A stretch of 64,000 bases of DNA, from positions 43,771 through 107,770 of the forward strand of contig JBDRMG010000047.1 of assembly GCA_043812495.1 (NCBI GenBank). The letters are read 5' to 3'. The translations under genes and the position numbers were made by a program. The notes under the pieces are model-generated. The model did no database searches, was not told the DNA's origin, and was given only the letters and a program-made list of their open reading frames with translations. This document shows positions 52,524 to 62,796 of the stretch, piece by piece; positions within the stretch are counted from its first letter, which is position 1; each line of letters begins with the position of its first letter. This stretch comes from Candidatus Omnitrophota bacterium. Its GTDB lineage: Bacteria; Omnitrophota; Gorgyraeia; Zapsychrales; JBDRMG01.

Positions 52524-52718
52524 GTGACTGAACCAATGAAAATCAAGAAAGAATTTGCCCAAACAGCTATTGAATACATGATTCTATTGACAGTTGTGGC
52601 CACCATAACATTTCTTGCCCTCTCCAAAGGTGGAGTGCTAGAAAGAAGCCGGGATGCGTCCGAAGGTTACTTCAACGCCATTTCCGAAAGAATTATGGGT
52701 GATCCGCCGGATCTATAA
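52524..52718 (+). CDS. Flp/Fap-family pilin
   Basis: The Flp motif TAIEYMILLTVVA is present. Small protein. The probable start is MKIKKEF at 52539. Confidence 0.6.
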   Translation: MTEPMKIKKEFAQTAIEYMILLTVVATITFLALSKGGVLERSRDASEGYFNAISERIMGDPPDL

Positions 52719-52740
52719 GATTTCATTAGGAAAGAAAAGA

Positions 52741-52782
52741 AAAAACGCTACAGGCCAATAAGGGCTGTAGCGTTTTTATTTT
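52741..52782. terminator. Bidirectional rho-independent terminator between flp (+) and the REC-GGDEF gene (-)
   Basis: aaaaaacgctacaggccaataagggctgtagcgttttta. It has an A-run and a T-run on either side. Confidence 0.65.
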
Positions 52783-52805
52783 GATCATGGGCTTATCGGA
52801 GAGCG

Positions 52806-53735
52806 TTATGTCTTGCGCTTATCCCTGACAAAAGCACTGCCTTCCTGACTTTTGGCGTATTTTTTTAATTCCGCGCCGATTTCTCCGACTTGAGCAATGT
52901 GACTGATTTTTTGCACGGCATTACTGACGATGCCGATAGAAACAGACAAAAAGCCGATGCGGACCGCGTTTCCCTGCCGGTCCTTTGTTAAAATATATTT
53001 ATTGTTTTTATCCTTTTCATTATAAAAATTCGCAGCACTGTTATCGAATTCTTGGATGATATCCTGACAGATCGCATCCGCTTTGTCATCATCGGCAATA
53101 AAAACAAAATCATCCCCGCCGATATGACCGATAAAGGCTTCGGGATTCCCTTTGGCGCGCACAGACTTAATCAATATGCGGGCGGTTTCACGGATGACTT
53201 CGTCGCCGTGTTCAAAACCGTACTTATCATTATAGGCCTTGAATTTATCTAAATCGACATAGCCCACAGCAAAGATTTTCTTTTCATCGATAGAGCGCTG
53301 AAGCTCTTCCATAATGGTAACATTCCCGGGAAGATGCGTAAGCGGATTGGCGTCAAGGCTGCGTTCCGTGCGCCGCAGAATCATCTTGATTCTGGCCAGG
53401 AGCTCGTTGGGTTCAAATGGCTTAACGACATAATCATCCGCACCGGCATTGATACCGCTGACCTTGTCTTCGACTTCCTTTTTTCCGGTCAGCATAATAA
53501 TGGGAATATGCTGAAGGAGAATATCCTTTTTAACTTCTTGGCAGAATTTCCGTCCATCCATGACGGGCATCTTGTAATCGACAATAATGAGACTGGGTGG
53601 TTTAGACTTGGCCAGCTCCAGCCCTTCTTTTCCGTTGTTGGCCTGGATAACGTCATAAACATCAGAAAGAGTCAACGAGAGGACATCCAGAATATCGGGA
53701 TCATCATCGATCGTCAGTATTTTTTCTTTACTCAT
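52806..53735 (-). CDS. Response regulator: receiver domain plus GGDEF-like domain with variant GGDDF motif
   Basis: N-terminal REC (ILTIDDDPDILDV…LIIVDYKMP). The C-terminus is diguanylate-cyclase-like with HIGGDDFVF. Confidence 0.7.
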   Translation of the reverse strand: MSKEKILTIDDDPDILDVLSLTLSDVYDVIQANNGKEGLELAKSKPPSLIIVDYKMPVMDGRKFCQEVKKDILLQHIPIIMLTGKKEVEDKVSGINAGADDYVVKPFEPNELLARIKMILRRTERSLDANPLTHLPGNVTIMEELQRSIDEKKIFAVGYVDLDKFKAYNDKYGFEHGDEVIRETARILIKSVRAKGNPEAFIGHIGGDDFVFIADDDKADAICQDIIQEFDNSAANFYNEKDKNNKYILTKDRQGNAVRIGFLSVSIGIVSNAVQKISHIAQVGEIGAELKKYAKSQEGSAFVRDKRKT

Positions 53736-53789
53736 AATTTCAGGAGCCTTATTTATTCTCCTTCGCCTTACTAATGGAACATAATGGTA

Positions 53790-53945
53790 CAGGCTTCGGA
53801 GAATTATTCCGATGAGAATATTCTACGAAGTTCTCCTTCGCCAAGGCTACGGAGGAATCCTTCGAAGTCCGCCAATGAAACAATGGCGGACGAAGAAGGA
53901 CATATACTATTATTTCTATTGGTTATGCGAAGTAGAATAGGATTC
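53790..53945 (-). repeat. Third copy of the 115 nt element (minus strand) in the 5' leader of the REC-GGDEF gene. It is interrupted by about 72 nt of nested hairpin insertions next to CTTCG/TTCG motifs.
   Basis: The reverse complement reads tattctacttcgcataaccaatagaaataatagtatatg, then the inserted hairpins, then ttcgtagaatattctcatcggaataattctccgaagcc…ggcgaaggagaata. Confidence 0.65.
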
Positions 53946-55463
53946 GCCTTTACTTTGGACAACGGGTATTTGGAAATGAAAAACAGTTCCTTGGCCGACT
54001 TGGCTTGTGACCCAGATTTTACCTTGATGGGCTTCAATAATTTTCTTGACAAGAGCTAAGCCCAAACCCGTTCCTTTGACGTTTTGATTGATTTCGTTTT
54101 CAACCCGGTAAAATTCATTAAAAAGTTGCGACAAATCTTCTTGTTTAATCCCGATGCCGGTATCACAAACGGTAAAATAGACGTTATAGTTTTCTCGTTG
54201 AATACGGATGGTGATTTGCCCGTTTGCAGGAGTAAACTTGATGGCATTGCTTAACAGATTGATCAGGACCCGCTCAAATTGACTTCGGTCAATGAAAACC
54301 GACGGAAGGTTGGGTTCGATTTGCGTGCTAAATGTGATATTCTTTTCTTTCATCTGCGGCAGGAGAAGATCGCGAATATAATCGAGCAGTTCGGCGATAT
54401 TTTGCTCTTGGACCTTCATCTCGACCCGGCCGGATTCTATGCGGGAAATATCCAAAAGATCGTTAATGAGGCTGACAAGATTATCGGAATGTTTATCGAT
54501 CTTGGCTAAGCGCTGCTTGACTTCCTCGGGAATTTCTCCCATTTTACCCGTAATCAAGATAGACGCGTATCCTTTGATAGAGGTCAGGGGTGTGCGTAAT
54601 TCATGAGAAACAGCGGAGACGAATTCAGACTTGGCTTTGCTGATGGTCTTGACTTCTTCCAGGGCCCTGGCTAGCTCACTGGTACGGTCTTGGATTTTTG
54701 ACTCCAGTTCTTGGCGGGACCGATAAACTTGCTCAAACAATTGAGCGTTTTCGAGAGACTGTCCAATTTGATGGGCCAAGATGGAAATGAGCTCCTCGTC
54801 TCCTTCGGTAATGGGGGGCCGTTCGCTGCCGTTGCCGACAAAAAGGATTCCGATCATTCCGTCCTGCGAAAGGATGGGAATGCAGATAAAATGGTCCACC
54901 TTGAAAAATTGAGCAATTTTTTCTTTCTTCTGTTTAGGCGAAGTCGCTGATGAAAATGTTCGTCCCTCCCGTAAGGATGTATAAATAGAATTTTCTTTTG
55001 TTAGATGATGAAGGGCTTCGAGGGCTTCTTCTTTCGAAAGACCTAAGGCCAGTCGGGGATAAAGTTCTTTTTTCTCATCCAGCATGCAAACGGTGGTCTT
55101 CTCAAAACCCAATTCGGTGACAAGAGACCTGGCCAGGCGTTGGAATATCTCATCCGCGTCGAGCGTTGTGCTGATTAAACGAGATGTTTTTTGCAGAGCA
55201 TTTAAAGCGGCTAATCGCTTATCCAGCTCTTCCTGCGTTTTATTGAGCTCAAGATCTGTTTTAACGATCAATTTGGCCTGCTCGTCTAAATCATCGAAAG
55301 AACGTTTTAGTTTGTTGATTTGGAGGCGAAGCTGTCGAGCCTGCTCTGCTTTATTGAGAAAGGCTAAGACGAACACGGTAATCGTCACGAGGCCCAAAAA
55401 ACCAAAAATGCCGGCCGAATTGTTGATCTGGATTTGATTAAAGAAATTCGTCAGGATATCCAT
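53916..55463 (-). CDS. Sensor histidine kinase with GAF domain
   Basis: H-box HELRTPLTSIKGY. HATPase N/G boxes. N-terminal TM plus coiled-coil plus GAF-like region. Confidence 0.8.
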   Translation of the reverse strand: MDILTNFFNQIQINNSAGIFGFLGLVTITVFVLAFLNKAEQARQLRLQINKLKRSFDDLDEQAKLIVKTDLELNKTQEELDKRLAALNALQKTSRLISTTLDADEIFQRLARSLVTELGFEKTTVCMLDEKKELYPRLALGLSKEEALEALHHLTKENSIYTSLREGRTFSSATSPKQKKEKIAQFFKVDHFICIPILSQDGMIGILFVGNGSERPPITEGDEELISILAHQIGQSLENAQLFEQVYRSRQELESKIQDRTSELARALEEVKTISKAKSEFVSAVSHELRTPLTSIKGYASILITGKMGEIPEEVKQRLAKIDKHSDNLVSLINDLLDISRIESGRVEMKVQEQNIAELLDYIRDLLLPQMKEKNITFSTQIEPNLPSVFIDRSQFERVLINLLSNAIKFTPANGQITIRIQRENYNVYFTVCDTGIGIKQEDLSQLFNEFYRVENEINQNVKGTGLGLALVKKIIEAHQGKIWVTSQVGQGTVFHFQIPVVQSKGESYSTSHNQ

Positions 55464-55558
55464 TTAATGAGGTTTGCGCTTATGGACCCCGCTCACCGGA
55501 GTTGTTAAACAATTTCGGTGGGCGGGGGTTAAGCAAATGCAATCATAATATTTCAACA

Positions 55559-56746
55559 TTATACGATGCCCGCAATCGTTATGGTTTCATTGAGCAAATG
55601 AGCAGATCCGAAGCGCTCAAGGGACTTGACAGGCGCAATTTCACCGTAGGTGTACATGCCGATGAGCGGAGTATCCGTGCCGAGAATTTCTTTGACCATT
55701 TGAATTTCTTGAATCGCCGAGCGCCGGAGTATTTTATTTCTTGAGAATGACTCGAAAATAATAATGAGTTTCGGCGTTTTGCCCAAAAGGGCGTCTTTGA
55801 CTTCTTGCGCGGCCTCAAGAGCCGCCCGCTTACAGAAGTCTTTGTTGCCAATCATGATGTGAACCTCAGACCCCTGAGGCACGTTACCTTGACATATAAT
55901 ACTCCCATCGGGTCTAACCTCCAAAGCATTTCTTAACAGATACTCACTTTCTCCCTCGATATAAATTCCCAAGGGATGCAGATAAGCCTTTTGAGCGAAT
56001 GAACCGGAGCGTAAATCACTCAGATCCGTTCCAAAAAATTCTTCATAGAGACTAGAGGCTCTTTTTCCGTCAATTTGCTTGATCACCGACCCTTCTGTGC
56101 GGTCGGCGAATCGGGGTTTTCCTAACGGCTTCCAGCCATGCTTACTGCCTATCCCGACGCTTATGTGTCCGCCCATCAAAAGACCCACGGCGGAATCATT
56201 CATCGATTGATCTTGGAAATATTGATAGGTTTCTTGAAAGCGAAAATTATCGCTTGTTCCCGCGCCGATGATAGGAAAGACATTGCCGAGAATTTCTTGG
56301 GCCCCTTTCACAAGAAGTGAGCCGTCTCTCAGTAATCCGTCGCTTAAGAGAAGAAAGATGCTGCGATGGGAAGAACTGAAATCACTCACCGTATTTCTTG
56401 CCAAAGAATTGCCGGCAATATGAAGATCTTGTCCTCGAATGTCTCGGGTATGACCTATGCCGAATTGGACATCTTTCGATGCGAGGGCAAGAACAGCAAT
56501 GCCTTGCGTTTCAATGGATTCAGACAGAAGGATACCGGCCGTCGAACCGCCGATAATTCTGCTTGGATTCAATGTTCTTTGAACAGTATGTAAGGTTTCG
56601 AGAGGGTTATAATGAACGGTTGAGAAAACAATCGCGCAGTCGATATGATCTTGCCTTGACTGAGTCAGGGCCTGGAAGGCGGCCTCTCGCGCGGCCGTAG
56701 AGGTTTGCGTTTCTTGGCTAAAACCTATGCCGATTTCAATGGACAC
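55559..56746 (-). CDS. FIST-domain sensory protein (FIST_N plus FIST_C)
   Basis: About 395 aa. Architecture and composition resemble FIST proteins. Assigned by eye only. Confidence 0.45.
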   Translation of the reverse strand: MSIEIGIGFSQETQTSTAAREAAFQALTQSRQDHIDCAIVFSTVHYNPLETLHTVQRTLNPSRIIGGSTAGILLSESIETQGIAVLALASKDVQFGIGHTRDIRGQDLHIAGNSLARNTVSDFSSSHRSIFLLLSDGLLRDGSLLVKGAQEILGNVFPIIGAGTSDNFRFQETYQYFQDQSMNDSAVGLLMGGHISVGIGSKHGWKPLGKPRFADRTEGSVIKQIDGKRASSLYEEFFGTDLSDLRSGSFAQKAYLHPLGIYIEGESEYLLRNALEVRPDGSIICQGNVPQGSEVHIMIGNKDFCKRAALEAAQEVKDALLGKTPKLIIIFESFSRNKILRRSAIQEIQMVKEILGTDTPLIGMYTYGEIAPVKSLERFGSAHLLNETITIAGIV

Positions 56747-56885
56747 CTAAAGCAAAGCTCCTCATGATGACGCCTATGTCGATGGGCTATTAAAAAACAG
56801 AATATTTTTCATTCTATCTTCTAACTATAACAGTGTCAATAATTTTTGTTGACCATAGAGAGGATTATGATATTATTTATGGGTT

Positions 56886-56950
56886 GATTACACAGATTTT
56901 AATGGATTACACAGATCAAAACGGATTGTTTTATAATCTGTGTAATCATT
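56886..56950. repeat. GATTACACAGAT / ATCTGTGTAATC element (copy 2) immediately upstream of tRNA-Glu
   Basis: gattacacagat twice plus atctgtgtaatc. Same motif as at 19158-19235. Confidence 0.6.
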
Positions 56951-56953
56951 TGA

Positions 56954-57031
56954 GGCCCCGTCGTCTAGCCTGGTCCAGGACAGATGGTTCTCAGCCATCA
57001 GACGCGGGTTCAAATCCCGCCGGGGCTACCA
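56954..57031 (+). tRNA. tRNA-Glu(CUC): tRNA-Glu (anticodon CUC) with encoded CCA; likely integration site for the downstream island
   Basis: Hand-folded. Acceptor GGCCCCG/CGGGGCU with a G1-U72 wobble pair. D-arm like E. coli tRNA-Glu (UCGUCUAG…AGGAC). Anticodon stem GATGG/CCATC with loop TTCTCAG. T-arm GCGGG-TTCAAAT-CCCGC. Confidence 0.7.
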
Positions 57032-57336
57032 GAAATCTGCCTCTCTTTAGGGTAAGAGAGATTGTTTGGGCCCCGCCATTGTTCCAATGGCGGGGCCCTT
57101 TTAACGCTTTCCCCCTCAAAAGGTTACAACATTCCGTTTATTAGCTCACCAAAGTTATTTAATTACAAAGCACCTGCTTTAAAATCCTCTCTGAAATAAT
57201 CGGCTTTATCTCATAAAATGCCGAAAACATCTCACATATAATGGCTCGTATATAATCAAAAATTTGTTCTTATTTGGAAGATTTTCGACGAGTTTGAGGG
57301 CATTATATAGGAATTTTCAATCAGAGAGGAATTCTA

Positions 57337-58959
57337 TTACTTCTCGGCAGGATTTTTGAAAAGCACTTGCCACATTTCTTTTTGTTTTGCCCAGCTCATT
57401 TGGCGGGAGATTTCATTGATTTTGTATTCGGGGACGGAAAAGAGACTTTCATTTTCGTCTAAAAGGATTTCCTCTTGAATGTCCGGCGCAAGCAAAAGAA
57501 GATTCATGACAACGTAAACTTTGATATTGCTCATGTTCAAACAATTGGCCATTTGCTTCAAATCTTTGACCCGGCCTTCGGATATTACCTTTTGTATCTG
57601 ATGAGCCAGAATTAAGTTTTGCTTTAACTTCGGTTCTTTGTTGATTTTCTCTTGGTTTAAAAATGAAGGCTGATTTTTAAGATCCTTTATATCAACCGGA
57701 AACTCATATTTTCTGATACCTTCTCTCAATGCGATCTCCAAAATCTGTTTTTTCCAATCATAACTTGCCTCTTTAATGATTGACTTTAGGATGGGAATTT
57801 TTTCTTTAAGCGTCAACAATTCCCACGTCTTTGCGTCAAGCTTAGGGAAGGACGCCGTGGCTCTCAAAAGCTCGACGATCTTTTCTTCAATCTTCCTGGC
57901 ATTGACCAGGCGTACAGGGCAGCTTTGATAGCCTCGCTTAATGGCATTTATGCAAAGATAATAGTGATATTTGTATTTGTCTTCTTTGACTTGATACGTA
58001 AAATACATCGCGCAGTTGCAGGATTTGCAGCGTAAGATTCCACTTAACAAGCCCACATGTTTATTTGTCTTGGCCATGCTCCATTCGGGTTTGTTTTTGG
58101 CGAGCATCTCTTGAGCCTTTTGAAAGATTTCCTCGGAAACAATAGCTTCTTGTTCTCCCGGATACAGTATATCCAGATGCTGAACTTTACCCATATAAAG
58201 GACATTCCTGAGAAGGCGTTGGACGCTGGAAATCTTAAAGGTAATACCGCCGAAACTTTTTCCCTTTTTGGATTCGTGCAATTTTGTCAAATACCCCTTC
58301 TCATTAAGAATTTTTGTAACAGCCATGATGGAGCATTTTTCAAGGTATAAGTCAAATATCTCCCGTACGATTTCAGCTTCTTTGGGATTGATGATGAGCT
58401 TGCGTTCTTTCTTATCGACATCATAACCTAAGGGAGGGTGCCCGCCGAGCCACTTACCTTTTCTTTTAGCAGCGCACATCTTGTCACGGGTGCGCTCCGA
58501 GATAATTTCGCGTTCGAATTGGGCGAAGGACAGAAGAATATTAAGTGTAAGCCTTCCCATCGAGTTTTGCGTATTAAAATGCTGAGTTACAGATACAAAA
58601 GTAATATTATTCTCTTCGAATATGGACAACAATTCGGCAAAATCAAGAAGCGAGCGAGAGAGACGGTCAACTTTGTAGACAACGACACAGTTAACCGTTC
58701 CGGCTTTAATGTCAGCCATAAGCTTTTGAAGAGCGGGCCTGTCTGTGTTGGCGCCTGTAAAACCACCGTCGTCATATTTTTCTGGCAGGCAAATCCAACC
58801 GGAATTCTTCTGGCTGGCAATGTAGCTTTCACAGGATTCACGCTGGGCATCCAGCGTAGTAAAGTCACGCTCAAGCCCATCACTGATTGATTTCCGCGTA
58901 TAAATGGCACAGCGGATAATCGGTTTTTCTTGTTGTTCCTCTTTTTGCTTAACGTTCAT
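57337..58959 (-). CDS. Large serine recombinase
   Basis: N-terminal resolvase catalytic domain (AIYTRKS…YKVDRLSRS), a recombinase domain and a Cys-rich zinc ribbon (CKSCNC…C). Confidence 0.85.
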   Translation of the reverse strand: MNVKQKEEQQEKPIIRCAIYTRKSISDGLERDFTTLDAQRESCESYIASQKNSGWICLPEKYDDGGFTGANTDRPALQKLMADIKAGTVNCVVVYKVDRLSRSLLDFAELLSIFEENNITFVSVTQHFNTQNSMGRLTLNILLSFAQFEREIISERTRDKMCAAKRKGKWLGGHPPLGYDVDKKERKLIINPKEAEIVREIFDLYLEKCSIMAVTKILNEKGYLTKLHESKKGKSFGGITFKISSVQRLLRNVLYMGKVQHLDILYPGEQEAIVSEEIFQKAQEMLAKNKPEWSMAKTNKHVGLLSGILRCKSCNCAMYFTYQVKEDKYKYHYYLCINAIKRGYQSCPVRLVNARKIEEKIVELLRATASFPKLDAKTWELLTLKEKIPILKSIIKEASYDWKKQILEIALREGIRKYEFPVDIKDLKNQPSFLNQEKINKEPKLKQNLILAHQIQKVISEGRVKDLKQMANCLNMSNIKVYVVMNLLLLAPDIQEEILLDENESLFSVPEYKINEISRQMSWAKQKEMWQVLFKNPAEK

Positions 58960-58967
58960 AATGATTT

Positions 58968-59486
58968 TTAAAGGTTAAAGAAACAATACCCGTTCCAATG
59001 CGCGCCGGTAATTTCTTTGGCAATGGCCGAGAGATGTTTATAGATTTTTCCGTTATGCTCAAAGCCGTCTTCCAAAACCTTAACCTCTATTTTCTTGCCC
59101 TTATATTCCTTCATGATGATGCTTCCCGGAATAGGGAGGCGGTTGTCCCGCGTGCGCCCTTTTGTTTTCCCGTCAGCTTCAGGGCTTGGCTTTAGCCTTA
59201 AGGCTTTATTATTAACAGGGTCGTAGGCTTTTATAAATTCATTAAGCCTTGTTTGCGCATTTTCTGATAAACTGCCGTATTCAAGCTCTTGAAGGCGGTA
59301 GGCAAGCCTTCGTATCAAAAAGACCTTATTATCTGAAGTGGCTTTCTGGCCGTCAAAAAGCGCCCTATACTCTTTCTGGAGATCAGGAACCGCCATATTT
59401 TCAAAGGCTTTTATTCTTTCTTCAATTATCTCTGTCATCGGATTTTCCCTTACGCATATAGGGCCATACAATTCGAGAGATAGCAA
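58968..59486 (-). CDS. Recombinase-associated small protein (DUF2924-like)
   Basis: About 155-172 aa ORF immediately downstream of, and co-oriented with, the serine recombinase. It resembles proteins usually found next to such recombinases. The start is possibly MTEIIEE at 59438. Confidence 0.45.
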   Translation of the reverse strand: MLSLELYGPICVRENPMTEIIEERIKAFENMAVPDLQKEYRALFDGQKATSDNKVFLIRRLAYRLQELEYGSLSENAQTRLNEFIKAYDPVNNKALRLKPSPEADGKTKGRTRDNRLPIPGSIIMKEYKGKKIEVKVLEDGFEHNGKIYKHLSAIAKEITGAHWNGYCFFNL

Positions 59487-59542
59487 GGGATATTTGAAGC
59501 TTTTGAAGTAAGAATAAAATAATTGACAAGGTGTATGTCTAG

Positions 59543-60184
59543 GTGTATGCTATTGTATGTATGAAAGTAATGACAATGTCAAGTAGAGAATTAGCAGCCA
59601 TTCGCGAAATTCGCAATTCCCTCATGCATAGAGGAAGAGTCCCGTCTATTCGAGAGTTGATGAATTCATTAGGGTATCGATCCCCACGCTCTGCGGCAGT
59701 AATTTATGAGAATTTAATTGAAAAAGGTGTTTTGCGTCGAAAGCGTGACGGTAGTTTTCAATTTGTAAAAGGACTCGAAGACGATACGATTCGAGCACAA
59801 ACTGTCGATGTACCTTTAGTGGGAAGTATTTTTTGCGGCGTTCCGATACTTGCAGAAGAAAATGTCGAAGCTATGATTCCAGTTTCGACTAAATTGGCCA
59901 AGCCATCGAATAAATATTTTTTGTTAAGAGCTAAAGGCGATTCGATGGATCAAAAGGGCATTAACGATGGCGATTTACTTTTAATTCGACAACAGGCAAC
60001 AGCAGAAAATGGTGATATAGTGGTAGCGTTGATTGATGATGAGGCAACGGTGAAGGAGTTTCATGCAAACGGAGAAACGGTCATTTTGAAACCGCACTCG
60101 CGCAACAAGAAACATCAACCGATTGTTTTAACAAGGGATTTTCAGGTACAAGGAGTTATGATAACAGCAATACCGAATGTATAA
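59543..60184 (+). CDS. Second LexA-family (S24 peptidase) repressor, island-encoded
   Basis: LexA-type N-terminal DNA-binding domain (…IRELMNSLGYRSPRSAAVIYENLIEKGVL). C-terminal GDSM…K peptidase domain. The last 60 aa are similar to chromosomal LexA (IVVALIDDEATVK). Confidence 0.75.
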   Translation: MYAIVCMKVMTMSSRELAAIREIRNSLMHRGRVPSIRELMNSLGYRSPRSAAVIYENLIEKGVLRRKRDGSFQFVKGLEDDTIRAQTVDVPLVGSIFCGVPILAEENVEAMIPVSTKLAKPSNKYFLLRAKGDSMDQKGINDGDLLLIRQQATAENGDIVVALIDDEATVKEFHANGETVILKPHSRNKKHQPIVLTRDFQVQGVMITAIPNV

Positions 60185-60265
60185 AAAATAATTTTAACCA
60201 GATTTCAATGTGTAGCATCCCTTTTCAATTTCCCCTCTGCACATTGGTAATGAGAGGAGAAAGAT

Positions 60266-62002
60266 ATGAGTTTAGAAATAACAACAAGCGTTGGGGATGC
60301 TAAACAGAATAATCAATTAATTGAAGGAGAGGCGGTAAAATTGAATTCAGTTTTAGTTGAAACGAGCAATCTGATCGATGATCGTAATCGACGTATAAAA
60401 GATTTTTTTATTGATTCGGTTAAACAAGGTCATTCTTCAGAATCAATTGTCGATCTTTTTGAGCGTTCTTTAGAGAAATTTGAGCGCAAGGATATGGGGC
60501 AGTACTATACTCCCAAGACCATAGTTGAGTACATAATTTCTCAGCTCAACATTCGACAAGATTCAAAAATCTTAGATCCTTCCTGTGGTTGCGGTTCATT
60601 TCTTTTAACTGTTTTTGACAGATTCAAAGAAAAACATGGTACGGAATTCTTGAAAAATATTTATGGGGTTGATATTAACGAAGACGCCGCAAATATGACA
60701 CGTCTTTGTTTGCACATGAAGGCAGGCTTTAATAGAAAATATATTCCTGTAATCAAACAAAACATAAAATCAGGAAACAGCCTAGTTTCAAATTCATTAC
60801 TGAATAAGCAAGCGTTTAATTGGAAGGATGAATATGCGGAAGTTTTGAATGAAGGTGGTTTTGACTTTATTATAGGGAATCCGCCGTATGTAACTTTAAG
60901 AAACTCCAAGGATTTTGATTCTTCGGAATCAATATATAGGCAAATTATCGGTGGGCCGGTCAATGCCGCGACTCTTATGATCGGACGTTCACTCGAATTG
61001 TTAAGGGATCAAGGTGTGCTTGCATTTTTATTGCCGAAATCTATCCTTTATGTCGATTCCTATCAGAAATTGCGTGACTATTTAAGTCACAATACAGATA
61101 TTTTACAGATTTATGATCTAGGCTCAAAATTTAAGGATGTCCGAGGAGAACAATTTATTCTTTTTGTTAAAAAGAAAGCAAATACTATCAATGGTAGTGT
61201 AAAAATTTGTGTGTTTACTGACAGAAACAAGTCGATGACGCAGCAGACGCACATAGACATTTACCACAAAGATCTTGTTCGTATGCCGAGATTTTATACA
61301 TACGAATTACAGAAGCATTATAGCTTAATTTCCAAGCTGGCTGGGATTGGATCAGAGTTGAGGGAAATCGTGAATGATAAAATATTTAGAGGGTTGCCTA
61401 TCGGTGGAAATCGTGCCGAACAGAAAAGTAATACCGGATACGAAAAAGTAATCCGAGGAAGGGATATAGCGAAATTCAGATTAAAGCCTCTGCCATTTAT
61501 GAAGAGAGATCTTCTGGAAAGGCAGAGTAAAATAAAAATAAATGAAATTAGACAAAAGAAGGTAGTCTTACAAAATATTTTTTCATCAGAGGCAGGCGTA
61601 ATAGCGGCTTATGATCCTAATAAATTATTAAACCTTGATACCGTAACAAACATCATTGTTAAGAGTGATGATGAGGGGAAATATTTCCTTGCATTATTAA
61701 ACTCAAAACTAATCAATTTCTATATTATGTATGCGTTATTTAATAGATCAAAATTGACGATGCACCTTGATAAATCTTACATTGGCTCAATCCCGATTAT
61801 TCCCAATCCGAGTCAATCTGTTCTTAGCAGATTAAAAGGGATTGTCGACTTGCTGGATAAAACAGAAGATAAAGGAGTACAGAAGCAAAAAAATAAAGAG
61901 ATTGATAAAATTGTCTATGACCTTTATGATTTAAAGAAACAAGAGATCCAATTAATAGAAGATGCTGTAAATAAGATGCTTTCTCCAAAAAGTCTATGGT
62001 AA
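60266..62002 (+). CDS. Gamma-class N6-adenine DNA methyltransferase (Eco57I/TaqI-like) with C-terminal target-recognition domain
   Basis: Motif I ILDPSCGCGSFLL. Motif IV IIGNPPYV. About 250 aa C-terminal extension. Confidence 0.8.
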   Translation: MSLEITTSVGDAKQNNQLIEGEAVKLNSVLVETSNLIDDRNRRIKDFFIDSVKQGHSSESIVDLFERSLEKFERKDMGQYYTPKTIVEYIISQLNIRQDSKILDPSCGCGSFLLTVFDRFKEKHGTEFLKNIYGVDINEDAANMTRLCLHMKAGFNRKYIPVIKQNIKSGNSLVSNSLLNKQAFNWKDEYAEVLNEGGFDFIIGNPPYVTLRNSKDFDSSESIYRQIIGGPVNAATLMIGRSLELLRDQGVLAFLLPKSILYVDSYQKLRDYLSHNTDILQIYDLGSKFKDVRGEQFILFVKKKANTINGSVKICVFTDRNKSMTQQTHIDIYHKDLVRMPRFYTYELQKHYSLISKLAGIGSELREIVNDKIFRGLPIGGNRAEQKSNTGYEKVIRGRDIAKFRLKPLPFMKRDLLERQSKIKINEIRQKKVVLQNIFSSEAGVIAAYDPNKLLNLDTVTNIIVKSDDEGKYFLALLNSKLINFYIMYALFNRSKLTMHLDKSYIGSIPIIPNPSQSVLSRLKGIVDLLDKTEDKGVQKQKNKEIDKIVYDLYDLKKQEIQLIEDAVNKMLSPKSLW

Positions 62003-62796
62003 TAAAAAGTTCGACAAGATACAACGAGTTAACAGGTAAAGAATGGCTTCAATATTCCTTCAGCATTTGGCGGGATATTCGCAAAAGCGATGATGAAAGG
62101 AATATTAAGCATCCCGCCATGTTTCCTTCCGCACTTGCCGAGAAAGTTATCAAGACTTATACTCGTGAGAACGATGCCGTGTTGGATCCGTTTATGGGTA
62201 TTGGCAGTACCATTATTGCCGCATACAAACAGAATCGAAAGGCAATCGGCATAGATTTATCAAAGGAGTTTATAAGCTTAGCAAACCGACGCTTGAAAGA
62301 GCTGAAGGGAGCTTTAAATAATAAAAAAATAAAAGTCATTAATGCAGATGCTCGGCACTTGAAAGAACATTTGAAGGATCAAGAAATTGATCTTTGCGTT
62401 ACTTCTCCGCCTTATTGGGATATTCTCAATATGCGAAGAACGGCTGATGGAAAAACAATAAAGAACTATGGTAAGGATAAAACCGATTTAGGAAATATCG
62501 ATAATTATGAACAATTTTTGTCTGAATTAATTCAAATCTTTTCAGGCGTATATGATGTTTTGAAGACCGGTGGCCATTGCGTGGTTGTGGTTATGGATAT
62601 CAGAAAAAAGGATAAATTTTATCCGCTTCATTCTGATCTAGCCGAAAAAATGAAAAGCATTGGCTTCACCTTTGAAGATATAATCATCTGGGACAGACAA
62701 CATGAATATAACAATATGAAACCATTGGGCTGGCCCTCGGTGTTCCGGGTCAACAAAGTCCATGAATATGTTTTAATTTTTAGGAAACGTAAATAA
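61996..62796 (+). CDS. Beta-class DNA methyltransferase (N4-cytosine or N6-adenine; the SPPY motif favours N4C)
   Basis: VTSPPYWD motif, then AdoMet motif FMGIGST, in the permuted beta-class order. Confidence 0.7.
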   Translation: MVIKSSTRYNELTGKEWLQYSFSIWRDIRKSDDERNIKHPAMFPSALAEKVIKTYTRENDAVLDPFMGIGSTIIAAYKQNRKAIGIDLSKEFISLANRRLKELKGALNNKKIKVINADARHLKEHLKDQEIDLCVTSPPYWDILNMRRTADGKTIKNYGKDKTDLGNIDNYEQFLSELIQIFSGVYDVLKTGGHCVVVVMDIRKKDKFYPLHSDLAEKMKSIGFTFEDIIIWDRQHEYNNMKPLGWPSVFRVNKVHEYVLIFRKRK

